Shown here in pieces: positions 9,131 to 18,315 of a DNA stretch of 64,000 nucleotides (the first letter of the stretch is position 1; every line of letters starts with the position of its first letter). The notes below the pieces were generated by a model. It did no database searches. It saw nothing but the letters and a program-made list of their open reading frames with translations, and had not been told where the DNA came from. The DNA is from a virus. The stretch spans positions 32,001 through 96,000 of IMG/VR virus record IMGVR_UViG_3300043788_000169; one strand, 5' to 3'. Both the position numbers and the translations under genes were made by a program.

Positions 9131-10750
9131 ATGGCGTTCGGTGTTCCCTACAGTCTTGGCTCGGCGAACAGCGGCGCTGGCGCTGACACCCTCCAGCTCA
9201 CTGTCACTGCCAGCTCTGCTCAGGGCGACGCCATCGTCGTCACCGCGTCGATCAACACCAACTCGGCGGCCGCGTCGCCGTCAGCCTGCGCGGATAGCCA
9301 GGGCAACGTCTACACACGGGTCACCTTCACCGGCACGTCTGCGGAGTATCAGACTTCGCAATTCGTCTCGACGGAGAACAGTTCGGGTGGCCCGACCAGC
9401 CCGCTGGTCAGCGGCGTCGACACGATTACTGTCACATACACCACTTCTACGACAGCCACCGGGCACAACCTGGCTGCGATAGGGTGCTCTGGCTGTGCAG
9501 TCGGCCCTACATCCGCCACGGTTGACCAGACCGCCATCAACGGCAACACCACGACCGGCACGGTCACCACTGCGACCCTGGCCGCTCTCCAGCAGACCGC
9601 TGAGCTGATTGTCGCTTCGGTCAGCGCTCACGACACTGCGCCTCCGATGGTCTGGAACACCCCGCTCAGCAATGTCGTGGGCCCCGTCGTCAACGCCGCG
9701 AATCAGCAGACCTGGGTCGCCGCGGGAGTGTCGACCACCTCGGCGTCCACAACCTATGGCGGCACGGTCAGTGCCTCGGGCAAGTGGGATTGCGCCGTCG
9801 TCTCGATCCTGCCGCTGGGGGCCCAGTCCATCTCCGAGGCCGACGTCGCCGGGGCTGTGGACAGTCTCTCGGTCTCGGTGTCCGTGCCCCTGGCTGATGC
9901 AGGCGCCGCAGTAGATGATCAGCCGGGTGAGTTCACTCTTTCCGCTACCGTGGCGCTGGCCGACACCGCGGCGGGCACCGACAGCTTCTCGGCAGCCGTG
10001 GCCGCCTCGCTGGCCGACGTCGCTGGGGCTGACGACTTTGTGGCTCCTGCGGCTGCGCTGAGCCTCGCGGACGTGGCCGCAGGGGAGGACGCCCTCTCCC
10101 CGGCTGCCACAGTAGCCCTGGCTGACGTAGCCGGGGCAGATGATTCTGTGACTCCGGCCGTCGCCCTGAGCCTGGCCGACACTGCGGGTGCAGTGGACGG
10201 TATGTCGCTGGCTGCCGCTATCGCGGTGGCTGACGTGGCGGGCGGAACTGATGCCCTCCTGCTGGCGATTGGGATAGCCGAGACCGCGGGTGCGGTGGAC
10301 AGCATCTCCGTGACCATCTCCGAGGCGGGCTCCCCGCTGCCGTGGTTCACCGCGGCGCTCATGGTGAGCCGCTGGCGGGCGTCGATTGAAGGGCAGAGGT
10401 GGTCAGCTGCGCTGCTGCCGGGAAGATGGGTGAGTGCGTTGGCTACCCGGGTCTACAACGTCACATCGACGGAGCAGATCCCCGCCCGCGTGACGGGGCC
10501 GGCCGATCCCACGGGGCTGGAAGTGCAGATGGCCTTCCTGACGTCGCCCCCGCCTGCGCAGCCCACCGTCGATCAGTGGCTGGCCGCGGAGTGGGGAACC
10601 GATACCGGACCGCCCTGGACAGCCTTGTGCCTGATCGGCCCGGCCGGCCTTATGACCCTGGTCTCCGGCGTGAATTACTACGTCTGGGTGCAGGTCACGG
10701 CCAGCCCGGAGGTGCCCGTCGAGTATGCGGGGATGCTGGAGGCCCAGTAG
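9131..10750 (+). CDS. putative virion surface protein with about 19-aa tandem repeats
   Basis: N-terminal beta-rich domain, central LADxAGAxD repeats, C-terminal Ig/BppU-like segment. Confidence 0.7.
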   Translation: MAFGVPYSLGSANSGAGADTLQLTVTASSAQGDAIVVTASINTNSAAASPSACADSQGNVYTRVTFTGTSAEYQTSQFVSTENSSGGPTSPLVSGVDTITVTYTTSTTATGHNLAAIGCSGCAVGPTSATVDQTAINGNTTTGTVTTATLAALQQTAELIVASVSAHDTAPPMVWNTPLSNVVGPVVNAANQQTWVAAGVSTTSASTTYGGTVSASGKWDCAVVSILPLGAQSISEADVAGAVDSLSVSVSVPLADAGAAVDDQPGEFTLSATVALADTAAGTDSFSAAVAASLADVAGADDFVAPAAALSLADVAAGEDALSPAATVALADVAGADDSVTPAVALSLADTAGAVDGMSLAAAIAVADVAGGTDALLLAIGIAETAGAVDSISVTISEAGSPLPWFTAALMVSRWRASIEGQRWSAALLPGRWVSALATRVYNVTSTEQIPARVTGPADPTGLEVQMAFLTSPPPAQPTVDQWLAAEWGTDTGPPWTALCLIGPAGLMTLVSGVNYYVWVQVTASPEVPVEYAGMLEAQ

Positions 10751-11272
10751 ATGGACAATGTCGCCTCCGGCGCGGTGCAGTACCTGTCCGGGATTCAGGA
10801 CGTCACCGCCCTGCTCGGCTCGTTCGGGATCTCTGACCCGGCCCCCGCCAATATCGGGATGCCCTACATCTTCCAGGAGAACCAGCTCGTCGTGCTCCAG
10901 GGCACCTCTGCGGCCGGCCTGGTGTGCTCGGTGTCCGGGCAGTGGAACAATGCCATTCCTTACGGCACACAGCGGTTCAGCCGCCTGAGCGTGGAGTTCT
11001 ACGTCGACCCGCAGCGCGATTCCGGCCTGAACGTGACCGAGACCCCGGGCCTCACGATCAAGAGAGGCGAGCAGCTGTTCGCCGTGGTGAACAGCTACCT
11101 GCACCGCCGCAACCCCGATACCCAGGTCTGGGGTGATCTGGTCACAGTCAGCTGTGTGCTCCTGGCGGAGGGCGAGTTCGTCAAGATGCCGACCGGGGAC
11201 GGCGACTGGCTGCAGTACAAGCAGAGCCTTTACGGAGTCGGGTTCACCGGCTGGACCGACGTCGCAATCTAG
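10751..11272 (+). CDS. putative tail terminator
   Basis: 173 aa; helix-strand pattern and position after neck genes. Confidence 0.55.
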   Translation: MDNVASGAVQYLSGIQDVTALLGSFGISDPAPANIGMPYIFQENQLVVLQGTSAAGLVCSVSGQWNNAIPYGTQRFSRLSVEFYVDPQRDSGLNVTETPGLTIKRGEQLFAVVNSYLHRRNPDTQVWGDLVTVSCVLLAEGEFVKMPTGDGDWLQYKQSLYGVGFTGWTDVAI

Positions 11273-11281
11273 GAGAGCCCC

Positions 11282-11755
11282 ATGCCACTGTTCATTCCCC
11301 GCCGTCGCAAGCTGGGCCCTGTCAAGGAAATGATGAACTCCACTGTCCTGTGGCAGATGGGTGTGGCGGCCGCCACGATCAGCGCCAACGGGAACTCCGG
11401 CGAGATCAACGTCGCCTCGTGGGAGAACTTCATCCTGATGGCCACGGTGGGCATCCCGACCGGGTCGAGCCCGACCCTGCAGGTGCACGTGGACGGATAC
11501 GATGCCAACGGCAACGTCTACTCCGACCTGTGCAGCGCCTCGCAGCCGGTGCTGGGCTTCAGCGGGGGCGGGGCGCAGAGCCTGCAGTCAACCCTGGGGC
11601 TCAGCGCCCAGTTCGTCGTCTCGTCTTCCGCGGGCACCCCGGGCGCTTTCAACCAGCTGTTCTGCGCCCCGGAGTACATCGCGGTGCGGTGGGTCATCGG
11701 CGGCACCGGCAGCCCGACGTTCCCCGGCACCTACATGAGCTTGTTCGGCCGCTGA
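11282..11755 (+). CDS. putative structural protein
   Basis: AGGAG RBS; beta-rich, G/S/T-rich 157 aa. Confidence 0.6.
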   Translation: MPLFIPRRRKLGPVKEMMNSTVLWQMGVAAATISANGNSGEINVASWENFILMATVGIPTGSSPTLQVHVDGYDANGNVYSDLCSASQPVLGFSGGGAQSLQSTLGLSAQFVVSSSAGTPGAFNQLFCAPEYIAVRWVIGGTGSPTFPGTYMSLFGR

Positions 11756-11839
11756 CCGATGGTGTGCACCTGCCAGGGTTTCTGAGCGTCATTCCAGTTA
11801 TGTAGCAGTTGTTTGGCGGTGTGGAGGGCGGGGTTTCCG

Positions 11840-13099
11840 GTGAAAGTGCTAGTTAAGTCCCCGTACTCGCCCCTCGTCGGCTATGGCCAGGACGGCTTCG
11901 GGATCATCCGGGCGCTGGATCACTGGGGCTGCGATGTCTACCCGCAGCCCACCTGGGTGGACGTCCCGATCCCCAAGGATCTGCTGCACCTGTTCAACAA
12001 GCACCTGGAGCCCCCGTTCGACCTCACGATCAACCACTGGTCGCCTGGCGAGCTGGGGATCCGGCCGGAGGCGCGCGAGCTGACCCGGTGTGCCATCGCC
12101 TGGACCATGTGGGAGTTCGAGAACTGCCCGCTGCCTGCCCCGGTGGCCATGACCGACAAGAAGAGCGGGGAGCCGTACACCACCACCGCCAAGAGCGGGC
12201 TGGTGCCGCTGTGCCGGAACCGTGGCTCGCTGCGCAAGCGGCTGGAGCTGTTCGACCTCGTGCTCGGCTACACCGAGACCACGCTGCACGCGCTCGATCA
12301 CTACATCCCCAGGGCCCGCGGCAAAGAGAAGGTGCCGGTGCCGACGGCGATCCTGCAGGGCGGGTTCGAGGCCGGGGACTGGAAGTTCAACCACGAGCGC
12401 GACTGGTTCGCCGATGAGTTCACCTACATCATGCACGGGGCGCTGAACCGCAGGAAGTGCGCCTGGACGGCGATCCAGGCGTTCAACGACCTCAAGCACG
12501 AGCACCCGGAGTTCGCCAAGGCCCGTCTCGCTCTTCATTCGATGACCCCAGGACTGTTCCCTGAGCTAAACGAAGTGTTCAAGGACAAGAACCTGCACGT
12601 CTACATCGAAGCCTGGGATCACGAGACGGTGCAGGCGTTCTACAACGCCGCGCACGTGCTGCTGGCCCCGAGCCGCGGGGAAGGCAAGAACCTGCCCGCC
12701 CTGGAGTTCTCCACGACCGGCGGAGTGGCGGCGGTCACGGCCTTCGGTGGCCACCTGAACTGGATGGGCGATGCCTACGCCTACCCGCTGAGCTACGAAC
12801 TCACCCCGTCCTTCGATGACCGGCCGGACGCAGCTTACGATGCCAAGGTGCCCGTGGAGGAGCTGAAGCGGGTCATGTGGCACACCTTCACCCACCGGGA
12901 CGAGGCCAGGCAGAAGGGCGAGCTGGCGTCCAAGGTGATCCCGTCTATGTGCGACTGGTCGGTGGTGGTGGAGAACCTGTTCCGCACGATCCGCGACAAC
13001 GTCCCGTTCAACGGCTCGCTGATCTACGACATGGCCATGCGGTGCCGGGTCGACCCGCTGGAGCGTGTTTCACGTGGAACGCAGGATCCGCGGGCATGA
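11840..13099 (+). CDS. glycosyltransferase, GT-B/GT4-like
   Basis: GYG N-terminal loop and YNAAHVLLAPSRGEGKNLPALE (E-x7-E) motif. Confidence 0.85.
   Translation: MKVLVKSPYSPLVGYGQDGFGIIRALDHWGCDVYPQPTWVDVPIPKDLLHLFNKHLEPPFDLTINHWSPGELGIRPEARELTRCAIAWTMWEFENCPLPAPVAMTDKKSGEPYTTTAKSGLVPLCRNRGSLRKRLELFDLVLGYTETTLHALDHYIPRARGKEKVPVPTAILQGGFEAGDWKFNHERDWFADEFTYIMHGALNRRKCAWTAIQAFNDLKHEHPEFAKARLALHSMTPGLFPELNEVFKDKNLHVYIEAWDHETVQAFYNAAHVLLAPSRGEGKNLPALEFSTTGGVAAVTAFGGHLNWMGDAYAYPLSYELTPSFDDRPDAAYDAKVPVEELKRVMWHTFTHRDEARQKGELASKVIPSMCDWSVVVENLFRTIRDNVPFNGSLIYDMAMRCRVDPLERVSRGTQDPRA
13066..13081. promoter_or_regulatory. parS-like palindrome
   Basis: TGTTTCACGTGGAACG; core has one mismatch to GTTTCACGTGAAAC. 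Confidence 0.4.
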
Positions 13100-13353
13100 C
13101 CGTCATGGCGATTGATCAGAGTGTGGCTGCCCCGGAGGAAGTCGAGCTGCGCTGCCCGGAGACCGCTGGCAAGCTGCTGGCCAAGATCCGGCGCCAGGGC
13201 GAGCAGCCGAGCTACGTGCACCCGGACAACCTGATCGAGCTGAGCTGCGACTCGTGCAAGCTCTCCCGGCGCCGGGCCGGGCTGCCGGTGGTCCGGGTGC
13301 TGCACCGCTACGACATTCTCGGCACTCTCGTGGCGACTCTGGTAGTCGAGTAA
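13096..13353 (+). CDS. small Cys/His protein
   Basis: ATGA overlap start; LRCP...CDSCK...LHRY. Confidence 0.6.
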   Translation: MTVMAIDQSVAAPEEVELRCPETAGKLLAKIRRQGEQPSYVHPDNLIELSCDSCKLSRRRAGLPVVRVLHRYDILGTLVATLVVE

Positions 13354-13428
13354 CCATTCGATGGCATAGCCTCCTGCCTGGGCGTACTAGATGGCCTGTG
13401 CATCTGTCGCCTAGCGGAGGGATCATCT

Positions 13429-13848
13429 ATGGCACTGAGAATCGTCGCAGCAGAGCAGGACCCGGACGAGGCAAGGCAGGAATGGCTGTATTCCACCGAC
13501 CCTGCCATCCTCGGCTGCCGCGGGCAGGGGCATGCCTTCCCTAAGATCAAGACCGGGAAGCTGGACCCTAAGCGCAACTGGCTGGAGCACAGCCAGCACG
13601 ACGGCCAGTGGCAGCTGGTCCAGCTCTGCCGGGATGGCTGCGGTACGGAGCGGTGCGTCACCACCAACCCTGGGGGCACCGACATTGACCTGCCCGCGCG
13701 ATTCCGGTATCGCCGGACCAAGCCCGGCTACAGCCCGCCCGCGGGCGTTCGGGTGACCCGGCGCGAGTGTTTCTCCGAGGTCATGCGCCGTCGCAGGGAG
13801 GACAAGGGCCCGGCCGAGGCACCTCCCGTGAAGTTCCGCTCAGGCTGA
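13429..13848 (+). CDS. hypothetical Zn-binding protein
   Basis: GGAGG RBS; CRGQGH...CRDGC. Confidence 0.7.
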   Translation: MALRIVAAEQDPDEARQEWLYSTDPAILGCRGQGHAFPKIKTGKLDPKRNWLEHSQHDGQWQLVQLCRDGCGTERCVTTNPGGTDIDLPARFRYRRTKPGYSPPAGVRVTRRECFSEVMRRRREDKGPAEAPPVKFRSG

Positions 13849-13874
13849 ACACCTAGAAGAAAGCGAGTAATTAG

Positions 13875-14252
13875 ATGGCAGAGAACGGCCCCGCCGAGCT
13901 GCGTATCCGGTTCCCGAGCCAGGCGAAGCTGCTCAACTTCATCCGGCTGCTGCGCGAGGAGCACCCGACTCAGGTCCAGCCGTTCGGCGCTGACGTCAAC
14001 GCGGTGCCCTACATCCAGAGTGCGGACGACACCGAGATCGCCCCCGGGGATGACGTGATCCTGGTGCCGGGGCACCGGGAGGAGCTGGCGGGGCAGTTCC
14101 TGCTGCCAAAGCCGGGCGAGGAGGAGCCTCCTCCGCCACCGCGGCGCCCGCGCGGGGTGCCGGACCAGCCGTTCGCCACGCACGGAGGCCCCGGCGGGGG
14201 GCGTCCTGACGACGGCCGTACGCGGGGGCTGAACGAGCCAGCGCCGTATTAA
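13875..14252 (+). CDS. hypothetical protein
   Basis: 125-aa ORF in series with neighbours. Confidence 0.6.
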   Translation: MAENGPAELRIRFPSQAKLLNFIRLLREEHPTQVQPFGADVNAVPYIQSADDTEIAPGDDVILVPGHREELAGQFLLPKPGEEEPPPPPRRPRGVPDQPFATHGGPGGGRPDDGRTRGLNEPAPY

Positions 14253-14291
14253 ATAAACGATGGCATATTCTCACCCTGGAGGCGAGAGCTT

Positions 14292-15095
14292 ATGGTGATG
14301 ACCAAGCAGGAGAGCGGGGTCAAGAGAGCCCGCAGGGCCACCGGGACGGTCGACGGCAAGCTGGTGACGACGGAGTACACGATCACCGCGGAGCCGCCGC
14401 TGGTGCCGGAGAAGGTCGAGCTGGGCTGGACCGAGCGCGTCAGCAGCGGCTCGGTGTCGACGTGGAAGTCCCACCCGGCCAAGGGCAAGGCGGACGAGCA
14501 CGCCAACCACACGCTCGCGGTGCACGCGCTGATCGAGGCGTACCGGGCAACGGGCGCGGCAGTCGCCGCGGTGGAGCCCCCTGCGGAGAAGCCGGCCAAG
14601 GCTCCCAGGGCCTCCAAGCCGGCCAAGACTAAGGGCAGCCGGGCCAAGGCCCAGCCCGTCAAGGACAAGCCGGAGGAGCCGGCCGCCGAGACGAAGCCTG
14701 AGCCTAAAGCCAAGAGCCGCCGCCGGGCGGCTAAGCCCGTCACGGTGGCCACGGACCCTACCCCCGGCGGCCAGACGGAAGCGACGGCTTCTGGAGAGAC
14801 CGCCCCCTCAGCCGCCACCGCTGACGAGCCGCCCCGGCTGCCGGAGCCCGAGCTGATTCCCGTCGGGCCCGAGCACGCTGCTGCGCTCGATGACGGGTCG
14901 TCTCCGGAGATCCAGGACGCCGGGCAGGAGCTGGAGGATGCCGTCCTGGCCGACCCGGAGACAGCCGCTGCCGTGGCCGACCCGGAGGGCTGGGGCGACG
15001 GTTACCCCGAAGGCAAGCACCGCGCTCCTGCAGCTGCCAACCCGTTCGAGCCCGACCCGGACAGCCCGTTCTCCAACACGGGATTCGTCCGCTGA
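14292..15095 (+). CDS. protein with Lys/Ala/Pro-rich middle and acidic C-terminus
   Basis: GGAGG RBS; KPAKAPRASKPAK segment; followed by terminator. Confidence 0.7.
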   Translation: MVMTKQESGVKRARRATGTVDGKLVTTEYTITAEPPLVPEKVELGWTERVSSGSVSTWKSHPAKGKADEHANHTLAVHALIEAYRATGAAVAAVEPPAEKPAKAPRASKPAKTKGSRAKAQPVKDKPEEPAAETKPEPKAKSRRRAAKPVTVATDPTPGGQTEATASGETAPSAATADEPPRLPEPELIPVGPEHAAALDDGSSPEIQDAGQELEDAVLADPETAAAVADPEGWGDGYPEGKHRAPAAANPFEPDPDSPFSNTGFVR

Positions 15096-15113
15096 CCTGA
15101 GCCTCGACCAGAC

Positions 15114-15147
15114 AAGCCCGGCTCCTGCTCCCGCGGGGCCGGGCTTT
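15114..15147 (+). terminator. intrinsic terminator
   Basis: AAGCCCGGC...GCCGGGCTTT, directly before promoter repeat 2. Confidence 0.7.
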
Positions 15148-15159
15148 CTGTCGCTTTGG

Positions 15160-15190
15160 GTTGACACGTGTCTACCACTGGGCTTACCGT
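15160..15190 (+). promoter_or_regulatory. repeat promoter/operator copy 2 (TTGACA-N18-TACCGT)
   Basis: GTTGACACGTGTCTACC at 15160-15176. Confidence 0.8.
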
Positions 15191-15230
15191 TGAGGCGTTC
15201 ATCAAATAAAGGAATCGGAAGGAACGCCAT

Positions 15231-15401
15231 ATGGACTGTAAGCAGACCGGGGACCATGGATCTGGTGTCCCGGTGGGTGTTCGGGAATCGCCGGAAGAGC
15301 CGCGTTTCGCGATCTGCCTGGGGTGCGGGAGGATCTTGATTGCTTTCCCCGGAACCGGGCAGGCCGGAGTGCTAGTGGGAGCAGGGGCAGGTAATGGATG
15401 A
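15231..15401 (+). CDS. 56-aa CxxC protein (absent from the ORF track)
   Basis: AAGGA RBS; MDCKQTGDH...CLGCG; overlaps the next start. Confidence 0.5.
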   Translation: MDCKQTGDHGSGVPVGVRESPEEPRFAICLGCGRILIAFPGTGQAGVLVGAGAGNG

Positions 15402-15771
15402 CTTCGAGCGCCGGGCGCAGGCCCTGGACACGCTGGCCAGTTACGGGTACATCCCGGTGGGCCCGCAGTCCCGGAACCTGACGCTCGGCCAGCTGGAAGC
15501 CATGGCCTCGGCCGTCCTGAACCGGTCCCTCGCCTCGCCGCGCCCGGCTGTCAGCTTTGCCATCCGGGCCGGGGTGGTGGTCAGCGTGATCAGCTGGGTG
15601 GTGACGGTAGCAGCCCTGGTGCTGACCGTGGGATACAGCCAGCGGACGGCCGCGTTCGCCTGGGAAGCCGTGCAGTGCGGGCGCATCCACCCGTACGGCT
15701 CCCCTGCCCAGTACCAGTGCTGGGAGAAGCAGATCAAGCAGGGTGTGCCACGATTCTGGGAGGTGCCGTGA
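15394..15771 (+). CDS. membrane protein
   Basis: One hydrophobic helix, GVVVSVISWVVTVAALVLTV. Confidence 0.65.
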   Translation: MDDFERRAQALDTLASYGYIPVGPQSRNLTLGQLEAMASAVLNRSLASPRPAVSFAIRAGVVVSVISWVVTVAALVLTVGYSQRTAAFAWEAVQCGRIHPYGSPAQYQCWEKQIKQGVPRFWEVP

Positions 15772-15929
15772 GCGCCGACGTCAGCGAAGAGCCGCAGTTC
15801 TGCAGCGACCCGGAGTGCAAGGGCCATGCCCCGGCTCAGCACCCGCAGGAGAAAGTGATCACCTGGAGGTCGGAGCCGCCGCCGGACTTCCTGGAGCGCA
15901 ACGCCGGGGTGACCTACCGTGATCACTGA
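15768..15929 (+). CDS. small hypothetical protein
   Basis: GTGA overlap, GGAGG RBS, CSDPECKGH. Confidence 0.5.
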   Translation: MSADVSEEPQFCSDPECKGHAPAQHPQEKVITWRSEPPPDFLERNAGVTYRDH

Positions 15930-16422
15930 GTTCCAGGGCCAGTACCGGTTCCTCTCGAACTTCTGGGAGCAGCCGGTCTTCTACCAGCACCCGTACATGC
16001 AGGGCGCGATCTGGTGGCCGACCGCCGAGCACGCCTTCCAGGCGTCCAAGACCCAGCTGCCGACGCAGGTCCAGTGGGTCCTGGACGCGGACAGCCCTGG
16101 CCAGGCTAAGCGCCTCGGCCGGAAGCTGACCCTGCGAGACGACTGGGAGCAGGTGAAAAAGCGCGTGATGTTCAGCGTGCTCACCGCCAAGTTCGTCCCT
16201 CCTGGGTACATGCAGGATGACACCCTCGCCCGCCAGCTCGTGGCTACGGCTCCGCATGTGCTGGTGGAGGGCAATACCTGGGAGGACCGCTACTGGGGTG
16301 CGTGCACCGCTGCGTGGCCGCCGGATCGCCTCCCTAAGTGGACCCCTGATATTGGCCGCGAGCTGTGGGGGCACAACTACCTCGGGCGCCTGCTCATGGC
16401 CGTCCGCGACATCCTGGAGTAA
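15919..16422 (+). CDS. NADAR (YbiA-like) family hydrolase
   Basis: FLSNF, TAEHAFQASK, AKRLGR, LVEGNTWEDRYWG and NYLGRLLMAVR motifs. Confidence 0.9.
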   Translation: MITEFQGQYRFLSNFWEQPVFYQHPYMQGAIWWPTAEHAFQASKTQLPTQVQWVLDADSPGQAKRLGRKLTLRDDWEQVKKRVMFSVLTAKFVPPGYMQDDTLARQLVATAPHVLVEGNTWEDRYWGACTAAWPPDRLPKWTPDIGRELWGHNYLGRLLMAVRDILE

Positions 16423-16429
16423 GGACGGA

Positions 16430-16750
16430 ATGATGGCCGATAGTGGAAAGCCCTCTGCTGAGGCGTATAACGCTTCGTCTGTGGCGGGGGAGAATACACA
16501 CGAAGGCGCACTGCGTGGCACGTGCCCAGACGATGGCCGGTGTCACCACTCCTGCCTCACCCAGGGCCCGTGCTTCCGGGAGCTGGACTCCGGCTTCTCG
16601 GACACCGGCTGGGACCACGGTGACCCCGGCCCGGAGTACATCCTGGAGGAGATCGTGGCTCCGCCGCTCACCCGCCCGGCGAGGCTGCCTCTGGACGTCG
16701 TGGCTGTGCCGCCCGGCTGGGGCCCTGACCACTTCGGCGGCACGCCGTGA
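16430..16750 (+). CDS. hypothetical Cys-rich protein
   Basis: CPDDGRCHHSC...PCFR; AAGGA RBS. Confidence 0.5.
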   Translation: MMADSGKPSAEAYNASSVAGENTHEGALRGTCPDDGRCHHSCLTQGPCFRELDSGFSDTGWDHGDPGPEYILEEIVAPPLTRPARLPLDVVAVPPGWGPDHFGGTP

Positions 16751-17067
16751 GCGTCTGCCGGTCCGGGAGGTGGGCGCAGTGCCCGGGTTGCGGCCAGGCT
16801 CGTGCGGTCAACCAGAGCGGTCGGCTGCGGGTGCACCAGTCTGAGCCTGGCCGCTCTGGCGCCCGCCCGCCGTGCCCCGGCTCGGGCGCTGTGCCTGAGG
16901 TGCCCGGCCCGGTGACCGCGGCTGAGGCGGCACAGCTGCGCACGGCTCTGGAGCTGGCCCTGAACTGGCTGGGGCCCCGTGATCTGATGGCCCTGGCGCC
17001 CCGGCTCGCAGAAGTCTGCCTGGTCGCGCAGAGCGCCCTGGAGCTGCAGGAGGCCGCTCGTGGCTAG
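16747..17067 (+). CDS. hypothetical zinc-finger protein
   Basis: CPGC...H...CPGSG; GTGA overlap. Confidence 0.6.
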   Translation: MSVCRSGRWAQCPGCGQARAVNQSGRLRVHQSEPGRSGARPPCPGSGAVPEVPGPVTAAEAAQLRTALELALNWLGPRDLMALAPRLAEVCLVAQSALELQEAARG

Positions 17068-17416
17068 CGTGCCGGACCGCTGGGATGTGCTGAAAGAGGC
17101 CATCCGCTCGGATCTTATTAAGATGCATAATGCGGGGCAGGGCCCGGATAGCCCTGAGGCTGCAGCTCTGCAGTTGGTGCTGGCCAAGATGGAGGCGCTG
17201 GAGCCGGGCGGCGCGTGGTATGCGGACCCCCGGCCGCAGCCGCCCACGTTCGGCTTCTCCTCTGACGGCGCCCAGGATCCGCTGGAGCTGGTGATCCGGG
17301 CGGACGGCAACCGGCTGACCATCTGGGATCTGCTGCCGGATACCGATCCGCCGGCGTACCGCGCCCGCGGCACGTATGAGTGGGTGGAGGTGCAAGATGG
17401 CAGACAAGGCAGCTAA
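17060..17416 (+). CDS. hypothetical protein
   Basis: AGGAGG RBS; overlapping operon. Confidence 0.6.
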   Translation: MASVPDRWDVLKEAIRSDLIKMHNAGQGPDSPEAAALQLVLAKMEALEPGGAWYADPRPQPPTFGFSSDGAQDPLELVIRADGNRLTIWDLLPDTDPPAYRARGTYEWVEVQDGRQGS

Positions 17417-17729
17417 GGCAGTTATGTGGGCCGGCCGCTGGTTCTGGTGGCTGGTTCTGGCGGCGCTTGCGGTCTGCCTGGCGGAGACGCTGGCCGTCAG
17501 CTATCGCGGCCAGCTCCAGGGCGCCTATCTGGGTTTCGCGCTCGGCGCCTCGGCTGCCGCGCTGACGGCCACCTGGGGGTCCTGCCGCCGCGCCCGGCGC
17601 CGCAGCGGCCGGTGGGTGGTGAAGGTCTATGACCCGGCGGGTACCTGCGTGGCGGTGCACGAGAGCCAGCGCGCGGCCTCGGAGGCTCAGGCGCTGGCTG
17701 CGGCCCTGGAGGCGGACCGTGACGGCTGA
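17397..17729 (+). CDS. two-TM membrane protein
   Basis: GGAGG RBS; two hydrophobic helices. Confidence 0.6.
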   Translation: MADKAAKAVMWAGRWFWWLVLAALAVCLAETLAVSYRGQLQGAYLGFALGASAAALTATWGSCRRARRRSGRWVVKVYDPAGTCVAVHESQRAASEAQALAAALEADRDG

Positions 17730-18312
17730 GCGTGAGGCTCCCGGCTTCGCTGACCTGGCCGCAGCCTGCCTGCCTCCGAGGTGGGCGGCGGCGCTGTCGC
17801 TGCACCGCGAGCTGGGCCGGCTGGTGGCGCCCGGGGGGCCGCGGCCCCGGCTGGTGAACGCGGACGGCGATTCGCTGCACATGCTGGAGCCGTCCGCGTT
17901 CACCGAGCTGCTGGCGCAGATGCGCGAACGTGACGAGGGCTGGGGAGATGAGAGCTGCCAGCTGCCTCCGCCCCCGCCGGCTTCGGACTGGCCGGACGGC
18001 CATAAGCTGCCGCTGCCCTCGGAGCTGAGCGCGGCTGAGACCGACGCCGCGGTCTCTTCCCTGCCGCGCTCGGGTGTGGAGATCCTGCCCGGGTACCTGA
18101 GCTTCGGCACCGGCCGCGCGCTCATGGTGCTGAAGGCCGGTGCCTCGGCTGAGTATCTGGCCCGCGGCTGGCTCGGCCGGATCTGGTGGGACGGCGCGAA
18201 TGGCCGCTACGGCGTGGTGGTGCGCTTCGCGGGCAGCCCCGTTGATGTGATGTATGCCCCGTCGCTCAGTGAACTGATAGATACCGTCTGCGGCACCTAC
18301 GGCTGGGATTGA
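17719..18312 (+). CDS. hypothetical protein
   Basis: GGAGG RBS before GTG 17719. Confidence 0.6.
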   Translation: MTAEREAPGFADLAAACLPPRWAAALSLHRELGRLVAPGGPRPRLVNADGDSLHMLEPSAFTELLAQMRERDEGWGDESCQLPPPPPASDWPDGHKLPLPSELSAAETDAAVSSLPRSGVEILPGYLSFGTGRALMVLKAGASAEYLARGWLGRIWWDGANGRYGVVVRFAGSPVDVMYAPSLSELIDTVCGTYGWD

Positions 18313-18315
18313 ACG

